A stretch of 64,000 bases of DNA from Antedon mediterranea. Lineage: Eukaryota > Animalia > Echinodermata. The notes under the pieces were generated by a model. That model was not told where the DNA came from. It worked only from the letters and a program-made list of their open reading frames with translations, and did no database searches. The stretch covers positions 7,518,422 to 7,582,421 of the forward strand of contig NC_092678.1 in the NCBI RefSeq assembly GCF_964355755.1, written 5' to 3'. This document shows positions 37,605 through 51,109 of this stretch, piece after piece. Position 1 is the stretch's first letter. Every line of letters starts with the position of its first letter. Both the position numbers and the translations under genes were made by a program.

Positions 37605-38610
37605 CAACGGAGCAGCACAGATGTGGAACAATGATCAAGTAGCAAAGATTTGCCACTATGATGTGGAACAATGATGTAGAGCAGCAAAGATGTGAAATAA
37701 TGATGTGGAAACAATGTGGAGCAGCAATGATATGGAATAATGATGTGGAAAACATGCGGGGCAGCAAAGATTTGCCACTATGATGTGGAACAATGATGTA
37801 GAGCAGCAAAGATGTGGAATAATGATGTGGAAAAAATGTGGAGCAGCAATGATGTGGAATAATGATGTGGAAAACATGTGGGGCAACACAAATCTGGCAC
37901 AATGATGTGGAATAACGATGTGTAAAAAAATGTGAAGCAGCAAATATTTGTAACAATGATGTGGAACAATGATGTGGAGCAGCAAAGATGTAAAATAATG
38001 ATGTGGAAAAACACATGGAGAAGCAAAGATCTCATAATGATGTAGAGCAATGTTGTGGAACAACAATGTGAAGCAGCAAAGATGTGGAACAATGATGTGG
38101 AACAATGATGTGGAGCAGCAAAGATGTGGAACAACAATGTGAAGCAGCAATGATGTGGAACAATGATGTGGAGCAGCAATGATGTGGAACAACTATGTGG
38201 AGCAGCAAAGATGTGGAACAACAATGTGGAGCAGCAAAGATGTGGAACAATGATGTGGAACAACTATATGGAGCAGCAATGATGTGGAACAATGATGTGG
38301 AGCAGCAATGATGTGGAACAATGTGGAGCAGCAAAGATGTGGAACAATGATGTGGAGCAGCAATGATGTGGAACAACTATGTGGAGCAGCAATGATGTGG
38401 AACAACTATGTGGAGCAGCAAAGATGTGGAACAACAATGTGGAGCAGCAAAGATGTGCAACAATGATGTGGAACAATGATGTGGAGCAGCAATAATGTGG
38501 AACAACTATGTGGAGCAGCAATGATGTGGATGAACTATGGGGAATAGCAAAGATGTGGAATAACGATGTGGAACAATGATGTGAAATAATGATGTGGAAC
38601 AACGATGTGG
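37605..38610. repeat. Compound minisatellite of 13-bp (AATGATGTGGAAC) and 16-bp (AATGATGTGGAGCAGC) units
   Basis: Directly visible. Units combine into 29- and 42-bp blocks, and the array is more degenerate at the left end. Confidence 0.92.
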
Positions 38611-38969
38611 GGAAACAAAGTTGGAGCGATGGAATGAAACCTTTTTATATATGTAATTAAATCAATTATTACAAAAAAACTAGTACTGTAGGTAAATGTG
38701 AAGTATTTTTAAACAACTGAACAAAATGTAATGACCAGAAAAACATTTTGAATGGTGTAAGTATGCAAGTAAATCACTTAAAAACCTATGAAAGCATGAC
38801 AATTAAATATGGAAGCTATTTATTATGTAGCAATTTAAGCTAATGAAAATTAGAATGTGCTTTATATACACATTGCAAAATAATCATATTTAAAAATCCT
38901 TTATTAGCGTAATAATTATAGTGAATGTGATTTTACAAAATAAATATGCAAAGAATCAATGAATAACAC

Positions 38970-39060
38970 CTGCAATAAATGACAAGAGCTGTAGATATCA
39001 TCAAGATGACACAAGCAAGAATTATTATTCCTATCAAGTAGACTGGTAAAGATGAAGTCC
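38970..39060 (-). CDS. HYR-repeat receptor, transmembrane exon
   Basis: AG at 39062-39061 and GT at 38969-38968. The 91-bp phase 1-2 exon translates (R)TSSLPVYLIGIIILACVILMISTALVIYC(R). Confidence 0.85.
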
Positions 39061-39362
39061 CTTTAATAAAAAAAATATTATAAATTAACTACAAGTGTTT
39101 AAAATCTCAGTATTCTGACATATATACATATACATCCTGTTGCCATTGCTTAAGAAAATCGTTAAGGTTTTTATTTCTGTATGGGGTGGAAGAATTGTTC
39201 TGATTTAACTTTAAGATGTATTTAATAAAGTTTAACTATCCTCTATGCTTACTTAAGCTGGCTAAATTAAACTTTTATTTGGCGAGGGTAGGGGATGAGG
39301 ATTTGAGTTGCATATTCTATTCTTTAAAAAATGTTAATTAAAAAATGTACAGCATGACTTAC

Positions 39363-39602
39363 TCTTAACAATCAGAACTGTAAATGTACAGATTCCTTTA
39401 TTATCAGCACTATCAATAACAAAACAAGTAACATCAGTTGAACCAGTTTTAAATGATGAACCAGAAGGTGGATTACAGGTAGCTGACAGACCAATTTCAG
39501 CATTGTCAGTGACTGAAGGGTTATGCCAGGTCACTGTAGATTGGTCTGTCACTGTATCTTTTTCAATATTTTCCGGGCAGGTCACAACGGGAGAACCAAT
39601 AT
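39363..39602 (-). CDS. HYR domain exon 11 (membrane-proximal)
   Basis: 240 bp, AG/GT, phase 1-1. PVVTCPENI...VTW..P...CNPPSGSSF..GSTDVTC...C.FTV HYR pattern. Confidence 0.92.
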
Positions 39603-40219
39603 CTAAAAGAAATGCTCATCATTGTGGAATATGATGTTCTTGTTGGAATATTCATGTTCGTGAAGAAAAAATAATTTAATTTATTTTGAGTTATTGTTTT
39701 ACTTGCAGTGCATAAAGTTAAAGGAGTGCATAGGGCAGATGGTGTGTCTTTCGGGTTGGAGCTGCTGAAGCTAATGCGTATGTTCAATAAATGTATCAAG
39801 TTATCAGGCGAGATATCAGACGATTCCGTGTATCTCTCACTGAGAATCTTATGCATTCTTTTTAATATAACAAAGTAAGTGAAAACATTCCATGTATAAT
39901 TCCGATAAGCAGACAGTGTTTTTCTTCTCGAGTATTGAATGAAAAAATGTTGTTAGTTATTACCTACTGGGCAGAAACCAATGAATTATACTGTATGTGA
40001 TTTTTTATTAGAATGGGCTCAAGTTAATGCCACTGTTGACATGAAAAACAGAGGCATAACTTGAATCTATGACACTGAGATTGCTCAGGATGTTAACTCA
40101 AGCCAGCTCTTTTGAATTCATTATTTATTATTGTCTGAAGGTCACAAAACATCTTTCAATGTTTATTGCATTAAATTGACTGAAAAAAATTGACTATATT
40201 AAATATAAAATACAATTAC

Positions 40220-40456
40220 CATTAATAGTAACTGTTAATACACAGCTTCCAGTATTACCAGCAGAATCCATAGCAGAACAAGTAACATCAGTAGAACTTA
40301 TATAAAAAGGTGAACCAGAAGGTGGAGTACAAATAGCTGACAGATCACTATCAATATTGTCAGTGACAGAGGGATCATCCCAGGTCACCATAACTTGGTC
40401 AGTGGTTGAATATTCTTCAATGTTTCCTGGACAGGTCACAATGGGGGTATCAATAT
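40220..40456 (-). CDS. HYR domain exon 10
   Basis: 237 bp, AG/GT, phase 1-1, HYR pattern. Confidence 0.92.
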
Positions 40457-41026
40457 CTGTAAGAAATAGTTAAGAAATGTCCTTTTATTAAAAACACATA
40501 TATTGACTGTGTATGCCTTGGGTTAAACACAACAGGCAAGATACTCAGGTTCACTCTTGTAATGTCCTTCAACAAATAGTTGGGCTCCTTGCTTATTAAA
40601 TAAAATGAAACTTATTATTATTATCAAAAATATGAATTAAATATCTATACCAAATTCAATGTTTTGAAAGCAATTTAAATCCTGATGGAATGGTTACTCT
40701 CCTGTGGCTGTTAAGAAAGAAGTATTTTCCTTTGGAAATGTAATTAGAATGTGTGTAGATGTGTAGAGAAGAGTTTCTAGTAATATTATTCTAATTATGC
40801 AGCGGTCCAGTGGGAGTTTAGTAACTTGTAAAGTACACAGAAAAATGATTGATGTAGGTTAACATTCCATGTTTGGCTAAAAAGTGCAGCCAAAATAAAT
40901 ATGGATGTGGAATGGTTGGAGAATGGTAAGATCTTTTATTGTCTGAAGATTATAAAAATTCCTTTTCAATGTTTAGAATTCGTTGACAGTCTGATGATAA
41001 CTATGTAAAAAATACAATCACATTAC

Positions 41027-41263
41027 CAATAATGGTAACTGTAAATACACAGCTTCCTGTATTCCCAGCAGTATCCATAGCAGAACAAGTAACATTAATT
41101 GAACCAATATTAAATGATGAACCAGAAGGTGGATTACAAGCAGCTGACAGACCAGTATCAACATTGTCAGTGACAGAAGGGCCAGTCCAGGTCACTGTTG
41201 CTTGGTCAGTGGCTGAATATTCTTCAATATTTCCTGAGCAGGTCACAATGGGGGCATAAGAAT
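41027..41263 (-). CDS. HYR domain exon 9
   Basis: 237 bp, AG/GT, phase 1-1, HYR pattern. Confidence 0.92.
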
Positions 41264-41922
41264 CTAGAAAAAAGGAAAAAGAAAATAAGAAAACCTTTCA
41301 GTATTAAATGAAATATTTTTAATAAGAAATTGTAATAGAAAAAAATCAGGTATATATATTTTATTACTTTGGTATTGAGTGTAGTGTATGGATGTATCTT
41401 TCTATTTTGATTTTACAGTAGGTTAAAAAAATATCTAGTGTATGTCTTAACTTCTACACTACAAGCATGTTTCTTAGGTAAGTTTTAACATATAATGGCA
41501 TGCTGACACTTCATTCTTGCAAGTTGCATATATATCGTCAATACATTAAATATAGCACAATTTTTAACTGATATTTCGACTAGATTGGATACTTAGAAAG
41601 CAAATTGAATCCCTGACCTAATAGTTACTATTAACCCAAAATCCAGTAAATTTGATTTAAAATACAGTGAAGTATGTTGAAAGGAAAATGTGCTAGCAGC
41701 TGAGGAATAGTGTAATTGTTAAAAACATGCTATCTCAAAGAACATACAGTATATCTATCAGTAAGATCTTAAACCATGTTGTAATATTGTTTGAAAATTA
41801 GGTAGGTAAACTAATATTTGCTAATGGTTGTGGGGCCCAGCTCCATTTTATCAATAACATTTGGGCCACTAGATTCCACTGTGTACCACAGAGAGACAAT
41901 ATAAAAAATAAATTTATATTAC

Positions 41923-42159
41923 CATTAACAGTAACTGTAAATACACAGCTTCCTGTATAACCAGCAGAATCCGTAGCAGAACAAGTAACATCAGTTGAAC
42001 CAATATTAAATGATGAACCAGAAGGTGGGGTACAAGTAGCTGATAAACAAGTATCAACATTGTCAGTGACTGAGGGGTCATTCCAGGTCACTATAGCTTG
42101 GTCAGTTGATGAATTTTCTTCAATGTTTCGTGGACAGGTTAAAGTGGGGGCATCGACAT
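41923..42159 (-). CDS. HYR domain exon 8
   Basis: 237 bp, AG/GT, phase 1-1, HYR pattern. Confidence 0.92.
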
Positions 42160-42299
42160 CTATATAAATAAAAAGTTGGAAGATTTACAAATAACTTTTT
42201 AAAAATTACAGAAACATTGTTGTTATACTGTGACAATGTTAGTACCCCAACACAAACTTTGCTTTAATTAGGTAAATATTGTAAATGTGTGATCAAAAC

Positions 42300-45200
42300 G
42301 TAAAGTAAATGTAGGTGGATAGAAGAGGGTGAAAAGAATTCTAAGTACTTTTTAAACCTTGAGAAAATACATCACAATAAAAAATCTATACTAAATTTAA
42401 AAAATGATAAAGGAAACATTGTCACTGGGAATAAGGAAGTATTAAAAGAGGAATATCATTTTTATTCTAAGTTATACAGTAGTGATTGTTCTATTAGTAA
42501 TGTTGAAATGCTAGAAAAACTTGGCATTTCTCCTAATAATATACCTAGACTATCCGAAAATGAAATGAAAAATTGTGAAGGTCAAGTTGAATTAGACGAA
42601 TGTACAATTGCCATGAAATCTATGGCGAATTCAAAAAGTCCAGGATGTGACGGCTATCCAGTGGAATTTTATAAAACTTTCTGGAATCAAATTGGTGACA
42701 TTCTAGTTGAATCATATAATTACTGCTTTAAAAATGGTAGATTATCAGATAGTCAACGAAGAGGGGTAATTTCACTAATTCTGAAGGATGGCAAAGATGA
42801 ATTATTATTAAAAAATTGGAGGCCTATATCCATTTTAAACGTTGATTATAAAATAATTACAAAAGCCATTTCAAACAGAATGAGGAATGTTCTGGGAACA
42901 ATTATCTCTAATGATCAGACCGGATTTTTGCCAAACAGGTATATAGGAGAAAATATCAGATTAATAATAGACCTGATTGAATTTTCAGATAAAAACGATA
43001 TTCCAGGAACCTTACTTTTTATCGATTTTGAAAAGGAGTACGATAAAATTGAATGGTCTTATATCGATAAGTGCCTTGATCTCTTTGGTTTTGGAAATGA
43101 CTTAAAGAATTGGGTCAATTTGTTTTATACAGGTATAAGTAGTTGTGTTATCAATAATGGTTACCTATCCAACTATTTTAAAACAACAGTATTAAGGGAA
43201 TTTGTGTTAATCCTGACAGTCAAATAAAAATCACCCAATTTGCGGATGATAGCTAAAGCAATTAAAGTTATAGAAAACTTTGGTGATATTTCCGGGTTGA
43301 AATTAAATAAGGCAAAATCCAGCTTTTTAAATATTGGTAGGCTGAAAAATAAAATTAAGAACTTCACTTCTGATTATAGATTGACTAAAGGACCGGTTAA
43401 ATTTCTGGGAATAGACATATCTTTGGATAAAAGCAAACTCTTTGAATTAAATTATGATGTTCAATTTGAGAAACTAAAGAAAATCCTGAATATTTGGTCC
43501 CAAAGAGATTTCACACCAATAGGTAAGGTTACAATTATCAAATCACTGGCTCTTTCTCAATTAACATATTTATTCTCTGTCCTCCCATCCCCTTCAAGTG
43601 AATTTATGAAAAAATTGGAGTGAACTCTATTTAAATTTATTTGGAGCGGGAAGCCTGATAGAGTAAGTAGAGAGACTATGTATAACGATAAAGATAATTG
43701 AGGTTTAAAAATGACAAATATTTATAAATTTAATGAAGCCCTAAAAATAACTTGGGTTAAAAGATTTTTAGACACAACCACGAACGGAAAATGGAAACAA
43801 TTATTTAGGAAACAAATTTTGAGCATCGGTGGGGAATGGATCTGGCTTTGTAAACCAAAACAGGGGATAGGAATTAATTATGAAAAGCTTGGTAACTCCT
43901 TTTTACAAGATGTTTTAATAGCCTGGTTTAAACTAAGAAATGATTATGGTGACGATGTATCTGATGAGGTATTGTGGTACAATCAAAACATTAAAATTAA
44001 TAAGAAAACTATATTTTATAGATCATGGAGCTTAAAAGGTGTAAATTATATTTCAGATGTAAGGCTTAACAACCAACGCTTTATGACATACTGAATTTAA
44101 AAATACCTATGCTATAAATTGCAACTTCATTCTTTTTTTTGGTTTAGTTAATGTTATCTCTCAAAATTACCGAGAAAAATTAGCTAATCCCAACCCTACA
44201 AGAAAATCGCCAGTTTTATTACAATTAATGGAAGTTAAAAAAAAAACAACCACCTTTGTGTAAAATTTGCTCAATAATATAATATATGTATATATACCCC
44301 AAAGGCTTATAGAAAATGGAGTAATGAATTTAACCAAGAGCCTAATCTTGTTAAGGTTAATTGGAATTTAATTTATAGGATGCCTTATGAATGTACTCTT
44401 GATACCAAAACACAGTACCTGCAATTCAGATTTATACATAGAATTCTTCCTACAAATGAGTTATTGCACAAAATTGGCCTGATTCAAGATAATAAATGTT
44501 CTCTTTGTAGTAAGGAAAAAGAAACAGTAATACATCTAATGTGGTCTTGCGAGAAAACTTCTAAATTGTGGGATGATGTGTTTTATTGGTTCAGGAAATT
44601 AGACATCACTATTAGATTAAATTATATAGACATATGTTTTGGTATTTTTGAATATAAATATTCAACTTTTGTTAATATGATTTTACTTCTTGCTAAGAGA
44701 TATATATATAAATGCAAGATTAATGAAATTCCTCTTAACTTCATTCACTTTAAAAGATGGGTACTCTTTACAGAAACTGTGGAGAATAATATCGCAAAAA
44801 ATAAAAATAAATATAATGTCCATATTAAAAAATAGGAACCAGTATTAGAAAGCGATAACGACAATTGAATGAAATACACCCATAAGCAACTGAAATAATT
44901 CATTGTAACGCCTTAGTAAATTTGACAATTTATTTCTCTTATATTGTTTTGGTGAATTATGGATATGGGAAAAAGAATTTGACTTTGTAAACCAAATCAA
45001 GGTATAGGAGTTGATAATGCAAAACTTTGTAACTATTATTGTTAATATGTTATAATAGCCTGGTTTAAACTAAGAAATGATTATGATGAGGTATGGTGAT
45101 TTAATCAAATATTATAATGTGACGTCCTCACACGTCTTTGATTTTCTTTCTTCTTTTCTGATCTTTTTAATGTTGATTGGAGTTTAATTTATAGGATGCC

Positions 45201-45921
45201 TTACGAATGTACTCCTGACACTAAAACACAATTCCTGCAGTTCAGATTTATACATAAAATTCTTCCCACAAATAAGTTACTGCACAGAATTGGCCTGGTT
45301 CAAGATGATAAATATTCTATTTGTGGTAAGGAAAAAAAACAAAACAGTAGAATTTCTAATACGGTCTTGCGAGAAAACTTCTAAATTGTGGGATGATGTG
45401 TTTTAGTGGTTCAGGAAATTAGACATCCGTTTTAAAATAGATTATATAGACATATGCTTTGGTATTTTTTTAATACAAATTTACAATTTTATTAACATGT
45501 TTTTTTTTTAAATTTCTTACTAAGAGATATATATATATAAATGCAAGATTTATAAAAGTCCTCTTAACTTCAATCACGTTAAGGACTGGGTACTTACAGA
45601 AACTGTGGAGAATAATATTGCAAAAAATAATAAATATCAATCAAAAACGTATTGTAAACTAAATTAAGGAATAAGAGTTGAAAATGCAAAACTTGGTAAT
45701 CATTATTGACAAGGCGTTATTATAGCCTGGTTTAACTTAAGAAATGATTATGATGAGGTATTTGTGGTATATCAAACATTGAAAGAGATAATGAAAAAAG
45801 AGAATGACGATTGAGATAATGTGACGTCCTCAAACGTCTTTGGTTTTCCTTTTTGTTTCGTTCTGTTGAGTGTAATGTTTTTGATAAAAGGAGAAAATAA
45901 AAGTTATTGAAAAAAAAAAAA
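42300..45921 (+). mobile_element. 5'-truncated L1/Tx1-clade LINE (decayed ORF2)
   Basis: RT motifs KSPGCDG, NWRPISILNVDYK, DQTGF, DFEK.YD and QFADD, and C-terminal CSLC...ETVIHLMWSC. AATAAA and poly(A) at the end. 17-bp TSD AAATGTGTGATCAAAAC at 42283-42299 and 45922-45938. Several stops and deletions. Confidence 0.95.
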
Positions 45922-46262
45922 AAATGTGTGATCAAAACAAGAATTTTGGAAAAGTTTTTAAATGTAATCCTTGATTTTTGCTATCCCATAATATCAGTTG
46001 TCTGGGAAGTCAATAAAAAATACTCTAAAACACTGATGAATAACTGGAAGAAAAATCCATCTGCGACTGACAAAGGCTACTAATATCAACTGGACAGATA
46101 TTTCCCTTTCGGTAATGTAAGGGTTAAAGTAAGTGTAACATGCTATTCTAAAGAAACTACTATATGTCTGAAAAAATATCTTCGCAATGTTTGTATAGTA
46201 TTAGACAGACAATGATGATATAAAAATAGGCAATAACTGTATCATTAATATTATTCTATTAC

Positions 46263-46499
46263 CATTTACTGTAACTGTAAATATACAGCTCCCTCTATTA
46301 CCAGCAGTATCCCTAGCAGAACAAACAACATTAGTTGAACCAATATTAAATGATGAACCAGAAGGTGGAGTACAAGTAGCTGATATGCGAGTATCAACAT
46401 TGTCAGTGACAGAGGGGTCATTCCAGGTCACAGTCGTTCTGTCATTGACTAAATCTTCTTCAATGGTTCCTGGGCAAGTAACAATGGGGGAACCAATAT
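46263..46499 (-). CDS. HYR domain exon 7
   Basis: 237 bp, AG/GT, phase 1-1, HYR pattern. Confidence 0.92.
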
Positions 46500-46962
46500 C
46501 TACAAAAAAAAATGGTTTTACAAATTAACAAATAAAAAAAAATAGAATAATCCACTTTTTTGACATTCACTTTACTAAGCTACTCTTAAAAATATAATTC
46601 ATGAACAACAAGCTCAGTTGATATTGGTTCAAGGTATTTTAGATACTCGACTTTAGTACAATAAAATATCACAATAAACTTAAACCTCAACTTAATGAAG
46701 TGTAAGTGTAATAACTAGTATGAGGACAGGATGGTAGATTACATAGCAAATATGTCAAGATGACGACATATATAGCTCAATAACTTCTTCTGAGACAGCA
46801 ACAATTTGAATAAAACTGTGTTACAATAATTCTCAATTCTTGACTTGAAAAAAACCATACCTTGATTATTTTTTAATACTGTCACAAAACTTCTTTGCAA
46901 TGTTTTTTTATAATTGAATACAAGGCAGAAGGATAACCACTGATGTAAACAAATGGTATTAC

Positions 46963-47202
46963 CATTGATATTAACTGTAAATACACATCTTCTTGTATTA
47001 CCAGCAGTATCCGTTGCAGAACAAGTAATATCAGTTGAACCAGCATTAAATGATGAACCAGAAGGTGAAGTACAAGTAGCTGACAGACCAGTATCAACAT
47101 TGTCGGTGACTGTGGGGTCATTCCAGGTCACTGTAACTTGGTCCGTGGAGGCTAAATTGTCTTCAATGCTTTGTGGGCAGGTCACAATGGGGGCATCAAT
47201 AT
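46963..47202 (-). CDS. HYR domain exon 6
   Basis: 240 bp, AG/GT, phase 1-1, HYR pattern. Confidence 0.92.
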
Positions 47203-47443
47203 CTATAAAAAAAAATATAACCAATCAACCAAAAACAATGATTTATCGATTTGTTTAGTATAAATTTCAGGAAATTTTCTCTCGTACCCTTACAAGCCCA
47301 GGTGCCAATATACTCTAGCAGGTAAAACTAAGACATGTTGTATTTCTATATCCTAACTATTATAAATCTTTGCTTTTCCAGTCTATCATAATGTACGATG
47401 TGTACTCAAAATCTTTGTAAAGTATAACTAAATTGATCATCAC

Positions 47444-47680
47444 CATTTATAGTAACTGTAAACACACAGCTTCCTGTATTTCCAGCAGTATCCATAGCAG
47501 AACAAGTAACATCAGTTGAACCAGCATTAAATGATGAACCAGAAGGTGGAGTACAAGTAGCTGACAGACCAGTATCAACATTGTCAGTGACTGAGGGGTC
47601 ATTCCAGGTCACTGTAGCTTGGTCAGTGGCTGAATTTTCTTCAATGTTTCCTGGGCAGATCACAATAGGAGAACCAAGAT
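47444..47680 (-). CDS. HYR domain exon 5
   Basis: 237 bp, AG/GT, phase 1-1, HYR pattern. Confidence 0.92.
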
Positions 47681-48031
47681 CTACAAGAAATAGTTGAAAG
47701 ATTTTTAAAAAGAACAAAAATTACATAAATATATATTTACAGTACTTCAAAACATTATTTGGGCTCTCTATTTTGTTACATATTATGAATGTGTTTGGGA
47801 ATTCGGTAAACAATGTCTGAAGGAAGTTTGGCTGCAGCCTTTAAGGGTACACAGTACATCGACTTAGCAGAAGTATGACATTTTACAACATGCTGTCTCA
47901 AAGAACCTATGTTTGTTGGTAAGATTTTTAAACCATGCTGCAATAATTGTCTCACAAGCAAATTATTTCTTTGCAATACGTATAATCCTTCATCTGGCAA
48001 ACGATGACTATAACAAATTAAATGCTATTAC

Positions 48032-48268
48032 CATAAACAGTAACTGTAAATAAACAGATTCCTGTATAACCAGCAGAATTCGTAGCGGAACAAGTAACAT
48101 CAGTTGAACCAATATCAAATGATGAACCAGAAGGTGGAGAACAAGTAGCTGAAAGACAAGTATCACCCTTATCAGTCACTGGTGGGTTATTCCAAGTCAC
48201 TCTAGCTTGATCAGTGACTGAATCTTCTTCAATGCTTCCTTGGCAAGTCACAATGGGGGCATCAATAT
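48032..48268 (-). CDS. HYR domain exon 4
   Basis: 237 bp, AG/GT, phase 1-1, HYR pattern. Confidence 0.92.
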
Positions 48269-48406
48269 CTATAAGAAAAAGTTAAAAGATAAATAAAACA
48301 AAATTACTGATATAATTCATAAATATCAGATATTTCCTTCTAAGAGGCGTAGTATAATAATGAGATATTACAAAGGTGTTTTGTACAAGAATGAATCAAA
48401 ACTTAC

Positions 48407-48643
48407 TATTAACAATAACTGTAAATACACAGCTTCCTGTATTACCAGCAGAATCCATAGCCAAACAAGTAACTTTACTTGAACCAGCATTAAATAATGA
48501 ACCAGAAGGTGGAGTACAAGTAGCTGACAGACCAGTATCAACATTGTCAGTGACCAAGGGGTCATTCCAGGTCACTCTAGCTTGATCAGTGAATGAATCT
48601 TCTTCAATGTTTTCTGGGCAGCTCACAATGGGGGCATCAATAT
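48407..48643 (-). CDS. HYR domain exon 3
   Basis: 237 bp, AG/GT, phase 1-1, HYR pattern. Confidence 0.92.
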
Positions 48644-49021
48644 CTATTTTTAATGATATAAATAAAACTTACAGAAACTGAGGAAATTCTATGCATGCCA
48701 TTATTCCTTGCACACTGATGAGCATATTTATTTTGAAAAACTAGCCATTCAGTTATTCAGCTAGTTAACATGTGCAAATGAAAACCAAAGTGTGCGTAAA
48801 GATAAAGAAGGCAAATGATAGTAGGCCTAACAACGTGGCTACTTTCAAATCTAGGACATTAAAATTTGTGCACGTAAAAAGAATTGATAATTTTATGAAC
48901 AGCAGTTTGTTAGCTTATAACCAAATGAAAGTGATGATTAAAAAAAGAATTAAACTATACATTTTAACTGTACAACATAGTAGATTTATAATTCATAGGT
49001 AAAGAATAATTTAAAACTTAC

Positions 49022-49258
49022 TTATGACAATAACTAAAAACATACAGATTCCTGTATTACCAGAAGTAGCTTCAGTATCCAGCGCAGCTGAACAGATAAC
49101 ATTAGTTGAACCAGCATTAAATGATGAACCAGAAGGTGGATTACAAGTCATGTTCAAACCAGTATTAACATTTTTAGTGACTGTGGGGTCATCCCAGGTC
49201 ACTGTAGTTTGGTCTGAGGTTGTAACTCTAACTTGGTCATCAGGACATACAACATTGT
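49022..49258 (-). CDS. HYR domain exon 2 (atypical N-terminus, short internal insertion)
   Basis: 237 bp, AAG acceptor, GTAAGT donor, phase 1-1. Translates NVVCPDD...VTWDDP...CNPPSGSSFNAGSTNVIC. Confidence 0.85.
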
Positions 49259-49914
49259 CTTCGAAACAAAAACAATGTAGTATGATGTCAAACTCATTTA
49301 TATGGACTGTTATGGGTTTCAACGTTTACTACAAAAGGATTATATATGAGCAATCTGTAAAGAGTGTTGAATATATTTAATTTAGCTGCCCATTAATACA
49401 TTGAAAAAAAATGTTACTATAAAATATTAATGTCTTCTGAAGCAGAATTTTGTATAAAAAATATCAATCAATTTAGAAAATAAAATTCCTATCTATCTCA
49501 TTTTGGTCTCATTGATACTATCTATATATTAATGTTACTAAATTTTTCACGTAATTTTACGTATCTCCTTTCCTGAATTGTATGGATACACACTAAAAAA
49601 AGGAAAAAAATAACATTAATTAGACGTCTCAGCGACCATGTTATGTCACTGTATAAACTATGCACCCTCTTCTATTGTGTACCGCCATGGCCGGACCTAC
49701 GAAAACCATGCCGGGCCACCAAATTAAAACAGTGTTTAGTCTCGGCAGCCGGTCAAATCGAATGATTGCGTCGTTGAAGTTTTAATTAATTACACCTATC
49801 CTTTGAACAGATTTTTTGTAAATAACGGTTTGGCTCAGTGAGCAAAATGCCGTGGCCATTGATAACAATGCGTATGTGTATATAATAAGTATCACCGGTT
49901 AAAGCTAAAATTCA

Positions 49915-51100
49915 AAACTAGACCACAACGTAATTACAAAACTAGCAAAAAAGAAATCAAACCTTACACAAACAAAATTGCAAAATATAAAAAACATTGA
50001 CATAAAAAAAATGTAAATGAACAAACAAAAAACACACAAATAAAATGAATCCAAATGGTTGTCCAAATATCAACGAAAAAATACACCAAAATGTAAAAGT
50101 TTTTGTCATCTAATTTCGCTTTTTGTGTTGATTTCAAAGTCCGTAAGCAGCTGTAGTTTTATTATTCCAATACTTCACATCTTCATTATATAACTTACCA
50201 ATTCATATTTTATTATTAAAATGTTTTAATCTGCCAACTGATTGACAGACTTCAACGTGCATGTCCCTCTCATGCACGTTGTCACTTTCTGAGGCACACC
50301 TTAAATTAATATTCACACAGCACAGTACCATATACAATATTGCTTTCATTTTGTAGCTTACAGTATTTCAAAGTAAAAGAATACTTCGTAACAAAATCAA
50401 TGGTCGTAAATAGTTCCGAATTTTATCCTTGGCAAAAGGGAAGAGTGTGCTTTTATTATACTTAATCTTGCAATGCAAATATTATTTAGGCAGACATGAC
50501 GGGTTACTGCTAGACCACAATTTAATTACAGAAGTGAAAATAGGTAAAAAAAAATAGCAAAATATCAAAACCATTGAAATAAAAATAAAATGTAAATGAA
50601 TAAAAATGAACAAACAGAATGATTCCAAATGGTTTGATACATTGTTGAACATGAAAACAACAATTTGTGTTTCAGCAGCAATGTGTTTTTCATTTGATGT
50701 ACGTCCGCTTTTTTATTTTATCTATATGTATCAAACCTATTAGTGGCGGTAATTATCGCTGTTGGTTTCGATTAAATAAAATAAAAATAAAAATAAAAAA
50801 TAATTAATATGTCATGAAAAACACTCATTTTATACTTTTGTTATATTTGCGCGCATCATCTGATTCACACAGCACCATTTTTCTTTAGTGTCTTTTATTT
50901 TCGCAAAGTCTGAACAGCCAAAAGTTAAGTCAAAAGTTCCATCCAGTACTGCTTTCATTTTTTAGCTTACATTTCAAAGTGACGGGATAGTGTATAACAA
51001 AATCAATGGCCGTAAATAGTTCCAAATTATTTTATTATTTTAATAATTACTTTTATCAGAGTGCGCTTTTATTATACTTGCCCATGCAAAGTCTATAACC
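49915..51100. repeat. Old diverged tandem duplication, ~600-bp period
   Basis: CTAGACCACAA occurs at ~49918 and ~50510. TGCTTTCATTTT...ACAAAATCAATGG.CGTAAATAGTTCC occurs at ~50341 and ~50950. Confidence 0.75.
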
Positions 51101-51109
51101 ACATATTAA

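Noticed and set aside
37528-38602. His/Cys-rich ORFs
   Set aside because: They are translations of a 13/16-bp satellite in several overlapping frames.
41032-49380. Plus-strand ORFs with repeated EPALNDEPEGG motifs
   Set aside because: They are antisense shadows of the HYR exons.
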